This document shows, piece by piece, positions 38,903-52,300 of a stretch of DNA of 64,000 bases. The DNA is from Paragordius varius (taxonomy: Eukaryota > Animalia > Nematomorpha), in assembly GCA_964247055.1 (NCBI GenBank), contig OZ176052.1, positions 5,146,001 to 5,210,000 on the forward strand. Reading direction: 5' to 3'. A program made the translations under genes and the position numbers. Numbering within the stretch: position 1 is the stretch's first letter; every line of letters begins with the position of its first letter. The notes beneath the pieces were generated by a model. That model did not search any database. It saw only the letters and a list, made by a program, of their open reading frames with translations, and was not told the origin of the DNA.

Positions 38903-39480
38903 CACTTCGATTCCAATTGGGGTATCTAAATACCCCAGACTAAATTTGAGTTAGGATTTTTACAAAACTACTGAAGGAAACGGCCCCAATTTAAATTTAT
39001 GCTTCTATCCTAATAAAAATTATATAAATATGCAAAAATATCTAAATAAAATTTTGTTTTGAAAAAAAAAGTTCCATGTCAAACTACTTCGACGCCATTT
39101 TTATTTTAATAAATTTTTGCAAAATATCGTCTTCAGTTAATTTTATGGGTAAAACTAAAGCTAAATTTTTTATTTAAATTACAAACATTGATAGAAAAAG
39201 AAAAAGTGGTGTGTTTTGTATTATTTTTCAATTTTACCATTGCACACATGTCACGTTGACTAAATTTTTACCTTTTGGTTTCAGCTTAAAATAAGTTATA
39301 TCAAGTATTTTTGAATAAAATATTTTTTATATTTCGGTTTATTAATGTTATATAAGTGCAAAATTTTGCCATGGTTTTGATTCCTTCCATTTTTTAAGAA
39401 TTTAATTTTCAACAGGCTTGGGGTATTTCTCTACCCCAATTTTAAGCGAAAGACTAAAATGAATGTGTTGTATTCAAGTG
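38903..39480 (+). mobile_element. piggyBac-like non-autonomous element (TTAA-flanked, ~0.57 kb)
   Basis: TTAA|CACTT ... AAGTG|TTAA. Other copies at 53986-54537 and 62890-63462 (inverted). A 5' fragment lies at 19709-19738 and a 3' fragment at about 38780-38885. Confidence 0.8.
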
Positions 39481-40398
39481 TTAACAAGCACCAACATATG
39501 ATTTAAAAAAATAGTTTTTACAAAATATCTTGCATGGCTAAAACTAAAAGGTTTCGTGGACATAAAAAACAGATAACCAATATTTATTTTAAAAATATAA
39601 TAATAAGTGACTAATTATAAACTCTATTGACTGGTATATGACCATAAAACCCCTATGTAATCATTATGTAAATATTCAAAAATGTCCATATTTAAGAAAC
39701 CAATATCCCCGTTCGCCCTATTGATATAAATCGCTGTATTTAAGTTCACATAATTTATTTATTAATCTTATGCGTGCAAAATAAATAAAGTTTTGTAAAT
39801 ACAGTTTATTACGTTACAGTAGCTCTGCCACATTTTTGCAAAGATCCATTTTGTTTTGAAATAATATGACTTTATTTAATATTCGAAAACCCTTGATCAT
39901 GACCTATTTTGTTTATAGGCGTTATTTCAAAACATTATTTTAAATTAATTCCTAAAATTGTTTCTCCTTTTTTAGGATAGCTAATTTATTAACGAGAGTG
40001 AGTCAAAATGAAACTTTTCGGGATAAAACTAGGCCTAACTTATTTGAAAAAAATAAGAGAACGCTATTAAAGCTTAATGAATTTGTTTTATACCTGCATA
40101 AACAGTTGTAAGAATAAATGGTTAATTAGTTCGAAATAACTTTTTATTATATTTTATTTGTATCGAAGTTCTAGTAAAATCAAAGATTATTGACAATATT
40201 GGTAGTATTATATCGTCATAGCAAAACTAATTAGGTTTTTTTAGGTATTAGCGTTATAAAATATGGACGTTTGGTAAAATTATTAAAATGTTAACTTAAT
40301 TATCATAAGCCAATATTTCGGCTGTCTAATCACAAGGGCTTTGAAAATATAAAATCATAAAGCAACATATATGAATTCGGCTCTATAACTTCCACCTC

Positions 40399-41696
40399 AT
40401 GTCAGGCAAGGAAAATGCAAAAATAAGCTTAAAGGGAAAACTTATTGGACATAATGGTTGGGTTACACAAATTGCTACAAATGCTATGTATCCTGATGTT
40501 ATAGTATCGTCGTCACGGGGTAATTTTTAGTATATAATTTAGATAAAACTTTAATTACTTGGAAATTAACAAGAGATGATCAGCAGTATGGGTATCCAAA
40601 CAAATCGTTGCATGGTCATAATTATTTTGTTTCAGATGTAGTTTTATCAACCGATGGACAATTTGCTATTTCTGGTTCATGGGATAAGACCCTACGCCTT
40701 TGGGATTTAGAATCGTAAATTACATTTGGCATAACTTAATTTTAGATGTGTGACAACTAAACGGTTTGAAGGACATACAAAAGATGTATTAAGTGTTGCA
40801 TTTTCAGCCGATAATAGACAGATTATTTCTGGTTCTCGGGATCATACCATTAAACTTTGGAATATTCTGGGCGAATGTAAATACACTATTCAGGTTTAAT
40901 ATACAACAATTTTTAGGATGATTGCCATACAGATTGGGTTTCATGTGTTCGTTTTTCACCATGCACGACAACACCCCTGATTGTGTCTGCAGGTTGGGAC
41001 AAAGTTGTTAAGGTAACGATTATGTATATAAATTCTTAAATTACATTGAAAAATAGGTTTGGAATCTAACAAAATGCAAATTGAAAGTTAATCATTACGG
41101 TCATACTGGGTATCTTAACACTGTTACTGTTTCTCCTGATGGTTCTTTATGTGCGTCTGGAGGGAAAGTATAAATTTTTTCTTTAAAATATTTACAATCC
41201 TACCATCATTTTATATGCTAACCAATTATTATTATTGACAGGACGGTTTAGCTATGTTATGGGATCTAAATGAAAATAAACACTCACACACGCTTGATGC
41301 CAAGGAAACTATAAATGCTTTAGTCTTTAATCCACACCGATATTGGTTATGTGCAGCCGCTGGTCCTAGTATTAAAATATGGGTAATTTATACTGAACAA
41401 TTTGTCTTATTATATATATATATTAACAGGTTGTTTGGATATAGTTAGTTATAATACATTTATTATTTTTGCCATTTAAATGCATGTTCATTTTTCTAAT
41501 TTTTCAAATGTTTAAAAAGGATTTGGAGGAACGCAGATTGGAAGAAGAACTTAGACCGGAAGTTATATCTTCTACCAAGTCTGATAAACCACAAAAAGCG
41601 CCTCATTGTATTTCTTTGGCTTGGTCAGCTGATGGTCAAACCTTGTTTGCTGGTTACACTGACAACATTATTCGTGTCTGGCAAGTTCATAGTTAG
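40399..41696 (+). CDS. RACK1: Receptor for activated C kinase 1 (7-WD40), 7 exons
   Basis: [17 protein letters not shown]...[52 protein letters not shown]...[26 protein letters not shown]...[14 protein letters not shown]...[16 protein letters not shown]...[15 protein letters not shown]. Introns: 40520-40542, 40715-40745, 40894-40916, 41013-41056, 41168-41241, 41383-41519. Confidence 0.97.
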
Positions 41697-42216
41697 ATCA
41701 TATTGTGGGTGGATCAATATTTTGTGTAAAATTGCATACCTTTTTGCAATTTAATACATTATATATTAGCAGTTTTAAAATAAATTAAAATAATTTGGTA
41801 TATAATTTACTTCGACAAATAATTTCAACCCATAATTATCCAAAAATTAATTTTCACGACCTAATTAGAACCTGTGAGCGTCTACTTATTCGTAATTGAA
41901 ACATCACTTATAAGTTTGGCAACTTCCTATGATTATTTTTCCTTTTTCCAATATTTTCTAGCTTCCATCATGATATTTTCCCATCAATTATTTAAATTTG
42001 TATATTTTTATTTATTAATTTAAACTTAAGGAAACGTAATTTTTTTAATCACCCCGACGTGTCAAAAATAAACCAAATTTCATTGTGTATGTTTTTGTTT
42101 TTTTAATCTTAAAGGAATTAGGCCTTTGAATCTGGACAACTAATGATTTTTTCTGTTCCGCAGATGAACAAATTAATTGTATTAATAACCATAATATACC
42201 ATTTATACCTCTAGAG

Positions 42217-44484
42217 CAGTGGTAATCACCAAAAAAATTTGACGGGCCAAATTAAATATATTTTTTTTTCGAGGGCCATGAACTTTATACTGGAAAATAT
42301 CCTATAGCTATTTGACACATATGCACATATTTAATACTTTAAATCAGCACAATGATTTTTTGGCCGATGTAATCCAGCTAAAAACTCGTTTTTCAGCAGT
42401 TTTAAAAAAAATATTTTTAACAACATTTATTTTGATATTAACCAATAATTTTTAACAAATTTGGTTTCGTCTCACGACAGGCCACTTTTAATACGTCGTC
42501 CATATGATCATCGGTTAAGCGATTTCTGTATGTATTCTTGACATACTTCATCTTTGAATATGCCGTCTCAAACGTGTAAGGGTAGGAAAAAACATTTAGG
42601 ATAACTTGAGCACATTTTTTTATATTATCATATTTATTTGGCACAAAAACTCTACATATATTTCTAATTTACGATTCTCCTTGAATATAGCCTCCATATT
42701 GAAATTATATTTAATTCTACGAAATCCTGATCAAAACCGAAATGCTCAGGTTGCTTAATATTGGATATATCCATATGCCAGGGATTTTCAACGAATTTTA
42801 AGCAATATTTAATATTTTTTAATTCCTGAAATCTGAATTTCATCTCATTAGATAAAATTAAATAATTGTCTATGATTAAATTAATCTCCATTAGCAAATT
42901 GGATTATTATTTATCTCCCTTGACTGTATTTAAAATACTAAGTTTATAAGTATTGTCACAACTAAACTTTCTAATATCATTTATAAATAATATTTCATGT
43001 CTTAAAACAAAAAATCTATTTAATACTTTGCTAAGGCTTAACCATCTCACAGTGGTATACAAAAGAATATCATCAAACTCACTGTGGATATCTTTCAGAA
43101 GGTTTTTGAATTTACGGCGGTACAATCTCTGCCCCTGTGGTTTACTATATCCACAACCCTTTTAAATTACTGAGAATTGAGTATTCATTTTTACACTCGA
43201 AACCAGGTTTTGCTTATGAATAAAGCAGTGAAATGATCAAATATTTTGAAAATTATATTTGTTTCTCAAAAGAGGAATAAATCCTTTGTTTCCAATCATA
43301 AAGGGACAGCCATCTGTGCTGATCGAAATCAATTTTTTCATAGATATACCATTATTATCGAAAAAAGTGCTAATTATTCGAGAAAATCACTCTCTTTCGT
43401 GGTATTATATATTGGTAAAAATAATAAATATTCCCCGTTGATAATGTTGTCGTTGCAAAATCTCACAAGAGCGCACACTGTGGAGCTGAACTAATATCAG
43501 TGCTCAATCAATAGCAATACTAAAATATTCGCAGTTTTTCAGAGCCAATAAATATATTTAGATAATGCGTCGATCACATGTTGAATCAAAGAGTTGAAGT
43601 ATTTTGCCTCATGATTAGATCTTTACTATGGAATTTATCAAATAAAAAAGTGCAACCATTTATTAGACATTCTTTTATTAGTTGACAATCAGTAAACGGT
43701 TTCATATTTTTTCCTAAAATATAACAAATTTCATACGAAGTTAATGTTACTGCTTTTTCCCGGGAGAAAGCTATGGACATAATAGATTTTTCTTCCTGGT
43801 ATATTCCTTAATCTTTTATTCGTTTCTTTCCTCATGATTTTCTGGTTTGTGAGAATGCTGGTAAAATGTCTTTCATTATTGTATTTTAATTATGTTGTCC
43901 TTACATATAAGGCAGGTGACATTTTTATTTAAAACGACAAAAAATTTTTCTTCCCATTCTCTTTTTAAAAGGAGCGATTTTCATCGAATAATTTACGTTT
44001 TTCAGCATTAGATGTCAACCTTTGAATTTATGTTTAAATATTGCGTAAATTTTTTTCAAAAAATTGGAATTTAATTTGAATTATGCAATAAAAAAACAAA
44101 TTAAAATTTAATGATGTGATTTATATAAAATGATACAGGATAGCAATGAGAATAAGTATATGCAAGTTTGGGTGAAATGATTGCTTAAATACAAAAAAAG
44201 GAATGCAATAATTTTAAAATAGAAAAGAAAATAGAATGCAGAAACAAAAACAACGTGTTCCAAAATTTTGAAATCATTTTAATGTAGGGAAATTTTTTTA
44301 CATTTCAAATTGGGTAAAAATAAAAATACCAAGTAAATCTAAATAAAATAAATTAATATTAAACTAAGCGAAAATCCGATTATGTGTATTTTAAAATTTC
44401 ATCAATAAAAAAAATATTTTAAGTATCAATATGGTCATAGGGCAATTTTAAAGCACTCTTAGGGCCGCGGTTTGAGTATCACTG
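42217..44484 (-). mobile_element. Decayed SPIN/Buster-type hAT transposon (GTF2IRD2-like transposase remnants) with perfect TSD
   Basis: CAGTGGTAATCA ... TGAGTATCACTG termini; TSD CTCTAGAG at 42209-42216 and 44485-44492. Minus-strand fragments SYEICYILGKNMKPFTDCQLIKECL, DILLYTTVRWLSLSKVLNRF, TAYSKMKYVKNTYRNRLTDDHMDDVL. Confidence 0.9.
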
Positions 44485-44659
44485 CTCTAGAGTGTCCTCA
44501 CATTCCAAGTTGGTCCTTCAACTTTTTTATTTTAATTATATGATTAATAAATATCATTTTTAACCTATTCTCTTCATTTAACCTAAACTTTTAAATAAAT
44601 AATTTCTTATCATTTAGAAACCATAAAACCCAATACTTTAAATATATTTTAATTATAAA

Positions 44660-44820
44660 CCTTGGAGGATTGTAGTCGATTATAGGAAAACTTCGTCTAT
44701 TCGGTTCTGATAAGCTTACGGATAGTTTTTGCAAAGTTCTTGAAAGGGATAATATGTCCCAAGGGCTTGCCGTTTACTGTATTAGGTGTCCAAAGTAGCT
44801 GAATTTTTGCTTGATTGGTA
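44660..44820 (-). mobile_element. Short RTE LINE 3' remnant
   Basis: Minus strand gives FSYFGHLI and shares AGTAAACGGCAAG with the plus-strand remnant near 45736. Confidence 0.5.
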
Positions 44821-45689
44821 GTGGTATATATATATATATATATAGATTTGGTTCGCGATTCCAGTGTTTTTCATTTTCACGTTCCATGTTTTACAAAGTG
44901 ATTTTTTCCAACAAAGCATTTTAAAATCTCTTTCTATCATCGTTTTTAATGAACCAATCTATAGCAGTATAACATGATAGGAAGTGTCATTAATCGAATT
45001 TCATTTTGAATTGTATATTATGTCTATTCCATAATAAATTAAGCCAAAGTCTATATGGTTATGGAACGGAGCGCAGCGCAGCAAAAAATAAAGGTGAATG
45101 AATTATGTATCATTCGATGGCTAAAAGCTTCAGAATAATGAATATTCAAGTTCTATATTCGGTTAAAATAATAAAAATATCTTAATTTTCTATTATTATT
45201 AGCCAAAATAATCGCATTTTTTCGCTTATTAGCTCTAATAAAAAATACCATAAATAAAAAGTTTCAATAATTTAAATTTTTTTTAATAAAACAAGAGTAT
45301 AAATCTATATCCAAAATATTATCAACAAGGGTCTCAAAATTTTTTTCAAGTATATTAGCCAAAAATCGCACTTCATCATAATATAAAATATGAGGTCAAA
45401 GATTTTAATTTTATTAAAACAATCATATATTAACTTTATATACAAAAATTACCCAATATATTGCCTGTAAAAAATTTAAGCCTTACATAAGAAAATTTTT
45501 CCATAATTTGCACCAAAGCGGAAGCTGCGTATCTATATATATTTTGAATACTTTTTTCATACAATACGATGAAAATTTTTTAAATATATATTTTTTAAAT
45601 ATAATTAAATTTTATTTTAATCCGGCGCCCTCTCAACTATGGCTCCCGTTACATCAGCCCCCCTTTCCACCCCCTAGCTACGCCACTGT

Positions 45690-45900
45690 AACACTTAATA
45701 CGAGGAAAGTTTAAACGAATTAATGCTGATAAAAGTAAACGGCAAGAGAGCGAGAGGGCGCAGTCGCATCCGTTAAATGGACATATCATTCCTTTCTAAA
45801 ACATCACAAAAACTACCGTATAGCTTATGATTAAACCGAATGGCGAAAGTTTTCCTATAAAGCTAACCGTCGTTAATCGGCTACAGGCTTCCCAACCAAG
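45690..45900 (+). mobile_element. 5'-truncated RTE LINE 3' remnant
   Basis: KVNGKRARGRSRIR*MD resembles the RTE C-terminal GKVEG.R.RGRP..RW.D; ends in CCAACCAAG. Confidence 0.55.
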
Positions 45901-46392
45901 ATATGATATTTCATAAACTATTCTCTAAACACCGATTATAATGGTGAGATTGTTGTTTGAGCCATCTCACTAATCTTAAGAGTAAAATGCTTGGATCAAT
46001 ATAATCGTCGATACTGCATGACAAAACGCAATTTACATACTGAAATACAATTATTTTAGATGAATCCTATAGCTTCTTTAATGATATATAACATTTATGT
46101 ATTATTTTGTGTTTAAGATTTTGATACAAGATCAAATGATGGCCCGTTTCCCTATATTTATTTTTATTGCATCTAATCCAAAAATGCGATGTTTTATATT
46201 GTAATATTTTAATCGCATTTTTGCATCAGCATTTACATTTATTTTTGCCACCGTTTAAGCCAATAAATTAAGAAATTTTATGATTTTATCTTAAAATTAA
46301 TTTTAGTGTGAAATAAATTAGATATAAATTTATTTATTGATCTGATTAGTAAATATATTTGTTATAATACTGTTTATCCCAAAACAACCATG

Positions 46393-49300
46393 TTATGGTG
46401 CCTTTAACTTTAATAATTCCTGGTCTTTTGTTACCAAATCGCCAACACCAAAATTTACCTTTTCAATGGTTCCATCCTGTTTAGCTTTTATGACATACTG
46501 TAATATAATGAATTATATTTGTATTAATAGAGATAGAGATCAAATATTTTTAGCCCAATTATAAAAATGTTATAAACCTCCATTTTCATTGCTAAAATAA
46601 TGATTAGAGATTGATTACTAACAATGCTATCTCCATCTTTGATTAAAATTTTATCGATTGTTCCCGTTATAGGAGCTTTGTAGGATAATGCAGTTTGATT
46701 ATCAATTTCCCCACCTTGAGTTCCTGTTATTTTGGAATGCAAGAGTTTTTGTTCTTGTGAATCAATAACATCAATGTTGTACAAAATACCCTAGTTTTAT
46801 ATATGTAAATTTAAATATGACCCAAAACCACATCTCATTATAAATTAATATTCACTTATTTATTTATAATTTTTTGGCTGTTTTTAACGTACAAAAGTCA
46901 GAAGGTCAAAAAAGTTAATTACAAATATCAAACAAAACTCGACTAATAATGACCCCGATTATAGGAAAAATACGTGGCTTTTATTTTTGATTATATGTAA
47001 TTTGAAATGATTTAACAAATTTTCCAAAAATGATAACATATTTATTTTTTGGTTTAGACTTAAAACTACCCAAAACTATGAGCTTGAGGGGTGTTTAATA
47101 GATCTTTTAGTGGATTGATTATGTTTTATATTACATGGTAATTTTTGAAAATCGACTGGAACGTGCTAGCATGGCTTAATTATACAAACGAAAATGATAG
47201 CTATATAAATGTAATATATAAAACCTTATGGTTAATGATGTAAGAAAAGTTATGCTGTACAAATTTTAGTAATGATTCCTGATCTTGGTTGTGAATCGAA
47301 ATTTCGGATAAACCGTTTTTATCAATTTTGTGTTTGTATGGTTGTATGATAAAATTATGTTTAAACGATTGATTTGTGCCATCATTAATATGAATATCTA
47401 TATCAGTAGGTTTTTTCAATTGGACCCGTATATGATGACCTATATACAATTAAATATATTAATATTTCCAATAAAATGATAATAAGAGACAAAATTTACC
47501 AGAGTTTTTAAAACGTAGTTTGAATTGCTTTTGTGCCGCGGAATTCAGACGAAACCATTTATAATTGGAAAATGGGTCTACCAAATCATTATTGGACGCT
47601 ACTCGAAATAAAAAATTTGTTATTTATAATTACCAAATGTTATTGAATAGTTGTGTTTGATTAAATTATACATGATAACCCAGTCTATAAATATAGGCTT
47701 AATTAATTATTATATTCGACAAAAGAGAAATGATCTAAACAGTAACATTGATATGTATATTCGAATTTACTTGCAATATAAATTATTAGTTAAAGCCAAT
47801 ATAACAAAAATCAAAAGCCTAAGGAGGTAATAGTCAAACAAAATTTAAATTGGTTATATTACAAAATAAAGGGATAATAATTGCGGAAAACTTTACATTT
47901 ATAGATATAAATATACTAAAAAATATTCATTGAAAGTACCATTAATCCAGCTAAAAATTTATTACTTTGCGATAGTACATGCGCTAATGCAGTTTTTGCT
48001 AAAATTAATGATTCATCTGATGTAAGTTTAACATTTTGGTCCTTTTTATGCAATGAATCTGATTCTTGATTAAAAAAGTAGTTTTGTTGTGTCTTTAAAA
48101 AATCGACATCGAGTTTAGCTTGATTGCCTATCAACGGATGGTTCAACAGTTGGCATAAAAAATCATGGTTGGTTTTTATTCCACTAATCTAACAACATAA
48201 TAAAATATATATTTTTCAATTTTTCCATAATTTCATAATATGTTTAAAAATAAAAAAGTAGTTTTTCAAAGAAACTTATAAAATATTTAAAGTTAAAACG
48301 CAAAAAGAAATTACATAAAAAGAATTTAAAGCTTGTTGAAGTTTGAGCAAAGCCATGGTGCGATTGGGAGCCCAGGACATTAGTTTAGCAATCATGGAAT
48401 CATAGTATATGGGTATTTCATCGCCTAAAATATTATGTAAAAGGTGTAAATTAGTGTATTAGCATATAATTATACAACTATATATATATTAAGCAATTAT
48501 TTTTACGTTAAATTTATTTGTAACTTTTCTATTTCATTCGTGGTTTAATCATACAAATTTCGAATTTAAGATATTCAGGAGTATATGCCATTTTATTTTT
48601 AAGAGCGTTTAATACGATTTTAAATTTAAACACACCACAAAAGTAATTAATTTTGATTATCACCTAAGATAGTAAAATTTTGCAGATATATGCAGCTTAA
48701 GCGATTTAATCATTTAAATCGCGAATTCGAATCAAAAATTAATTAACTCAGTTGTTTCGATTTAAAAATTTAAAAAATTTATTTCTAAAATTTTTCATTC
48801 TTATGTTATAGTTTGTTGATATTTAAATGTGGGACAAAAAAGGAAGAAAAAACTTTGAGGAAAAAAAATTCTCTTGACTCAGATGTTTCAAAGTTTTTTA
48901 TCCAAAAATTACATTTAGATATTTAAGCACTGCATAAGTTTTTTCAACATCACTGTCATTTTTGGCACATCGATCTAAATTAAATTTTTTTATGGTTTAA
49001 GAAACCAAAAATTAAAAAATTGGTTAAAAAATTGATATATACACATAAAAATTATATAATGTAAATATGCTGCACAAAAGAACGAAAAATTGCAGTATAT
49101 AATAAAATAATGCCAAATCGCCTATTTAAGGCTGAATTTGAGTGTTAAAAACCCAACATTATTCTTGATGTAAATATGAAATATTTTAATAATAAGCTTC
49201 AAAACTTAAGCATATGTGACGGGTTTGGTAAAAATAAAATTTCATGAATTAAGTAATGTAAAAATAAATATATATATATATATATAATATCGTAAGATTT

Positions 49301-52300
49301 AAAAAAATTATAGAGTTACTAAAATGCATTTACAGAAAGAAATATAATCATTTGCATTATTAAACCTTGTTTAACGCCAGTATCTAGCCTTATTCCAATA
49401 TTTTGAGGAATGTTTGATATTTGTTTTGTGTCATGGTTAGTTTGTAAGATGGAATCATCGAAAATAAATCGATTAAGTGGACCAGGGCAAGGCATAAAAT
49501 CATTTTCTGGATCTTCAGCGCAAACACGCAGTTCAATGGCATGTCCGTGACATTTAATATCTGATTGTTTAAGGGGTAGGGGTTCTCCATTTGCGACCTT
49601 GCAAAATTTTATGATTATAATCCATATTTAATTATAATAAGCAGGTATTGTGCTTATTGTTTATATCAGGAACAATTTAGCATTTTAACAGTTTAGTTAG
49701 GCGGTTTAGGGGTTTAAGGACAAAGATATAACAAATTAAAGATATAAGAATTTATTGGGTAAAAAGCTGAAGAGGAAATATAACTTTACACATCACAAGA
49801 TTTTAAAAGTATGTCACTTTATAAAATACGATTAAATAATTAGAAAAATTTCAAAAAAGGCATGATTGATATTAATATTACTCTGATTTGCCATTCGACC
49901 AAATCAACACCAGTTATTAATTCAGTTATGCCATGTTCGACTTGTAACCGAGTATTCATTTCCATAAAATATGGCTTACCATACCGATCAATCATAAATT
50001 CAACAGTTCCTTATGCAACAAAAAAATATATAAAATAATGTAATGTTTATGAAAATTATAAAATATAATAATTTAATGTTTTTTAATTTAAATTGGTTCA
50101 ATGGATAACATTCTATCAACAATTATTGATAAATGGATTTAAAACATGTAATTAGTTGGTATTTTATAGCGTGAAATCTTATTAAATATTCATTTATTTG
50201 ATAAAACATAGTGTGATTAAAAATGGTTACATTTAGAGAAAATTGGAACCTCTAAATTAAGTATAACTTAAATAAAAATTTGAAATAGGTTAAGTGTAAA
50301 TTAACTAAAATAAAATCTAAGGTATATTTTTAATGTGATAAAATTACTAATAAAAAAACGAATAATTATATAAGATAAATTATAAGGGTGAGATTACTAA
50401 TAAATTATATTTATAGAATAAGATATAAGAATAAATTGTATGGCTTTATAAAAATTATTATTAAATCGTATTTAAATTAAACCAATTTTAGTTGTGTAAT
50501 AATGCGTATTGTCAACCTAAAGACAATGTAAGAGTTTTTAAAATAATTTAAAATATTTTTATTTAAGATATGGAAATTTACTGTATATTTTGTATGAAAT
50601 TGACACTAAAATTTCACAGCTATTTTTGGAGTTAAATGTAATTTATTTGAAACCGACTCCTTTTATAAATTTGAAAATTTACATACCTAAAATCATAGTA
50701 AAACCTTCCCTAATTTCAATGCCAACAAAAATTATAGTTAATACAAAACCATATCAACTTATTCAATATAAATAATAGATTTTAAATAATTATGTTCCGA
50801 TCAAATTTCATAAAAAATAACGTCTATATTATACCTGCACCATAATAATTGACCGCTTTCGCCGCCTTAATAGCATAAGTGTAGAGTTGTTCCCGCATTT
50901 CTTCACCCAAAAAAATCTAAGATAAAAATAGAGCAATAATTCTTAAAAATGAAAATTTCTGGTCATAATTTCAATACAAATCAAAAAAATATTCAAAATG
51001 TTGTAAAAATAAATTTAGTATAGGAAAAAGCTGAGATAATTATAAAGCTCGTTCTTTACTTGGACACTGAATAAATATGTAAAAAATTTAGACTTCATGT
51101 TAAAATCTAATATGTTTAAAAAATTTAAACTAATCACATATATATTAAATTTTTCCAATTACCAATATATTTTTTCAAATGTACCCCTGTATATATATAT
51201 ATATCAAGTTTATAAATATATAACGATTAAAAAAAGTTAATAAATAATGTAAGGTACCGCTGGAGTTTCTTCCAAAATTTTCTGGTGTCGACGTTGAACG
51301 CTACAATCGCGTTCAAACAGAGTTACATGATTACCCAATTGGTCTCCAAACACTTGTATTTCAATATGTCTTAAATAAAATAAATTTAACTTATATTATT
51401 TAACATTAAAAATTGGTTTGAAAAATTGACATTGACTGTTAATTAATCGCCATAATAAGATTATTTTTAGTGACGGTATTAAAAAATGAAAGCAGTAACA
51501 ATAATTAAAAATATTTAGCCCAAAAATATAATTATTTGTGTCTTTGACAGATGATCAAGAAATATTTCGACGAAAAATGTAACCTATAAAATATCTTAAA
51601 TAAATATAAATAATGTAAATCATCACAGTTTTATTATATGTCAACTTAATGGATTAAATATAATTTTCAACCATAAAAGATTTATGTATTTACAATTCAA
51701 AACTTGAAAATAATGGTTGCCATAATTGTGTTGTATAGAGGGTTGTGCATTTGACTGCTTTTTCAAAAAAGTCCGGTCAGACCCGGTCAGACCATGGGTA
51801 TGGTCATGACCACGGTCATTACCACTTTACCGAAGTAAATACCAGGCGATGTTGGATTTGAATTTTCAAATACCTCGCTTTTAATACTGGATATTTCAAA
51901 TAAAATTTTTCCTGTTTCTTTTACACTTTCTTGATCATTGAAATATCCAATTATAAAATGTTTTTTCATTTTATTAGTTCACATATATGGAATAATTGAA
52001 TATTTTATAAAAAGTTGGATTGTTTTCTTTAATAACTGGATATTTAAATGCTAATGTTTTAAGGATGCATGTTTAACATTTTAAATTTTTAAATAAGCAA
52101 ATTTAAATATTTATATATTTTTTGTATAATATATTTAAAAATTTACTATTTTTCTTCCAAAAAAAATTACCTGCAATTTTTCAAAAACAGCTGAAATGAC
52201 CATGGTCAAAAAATAAATAGTCACTGACTTGGTCAGCACAACCCTAGTTGTATATAAAAAATATTGATATATCAAAATGACCATTAAAAGTTAAGCCACA

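Noticed and set aside
41168-41519. Intronic snoRNAs in RACK1 (a snoRNA host gene in vertebrates)
   Set aside because: No C/D (RTGATGA...CTGA) or H/ACA structure visible in the 74- and 137-nt introns; the others are too short.
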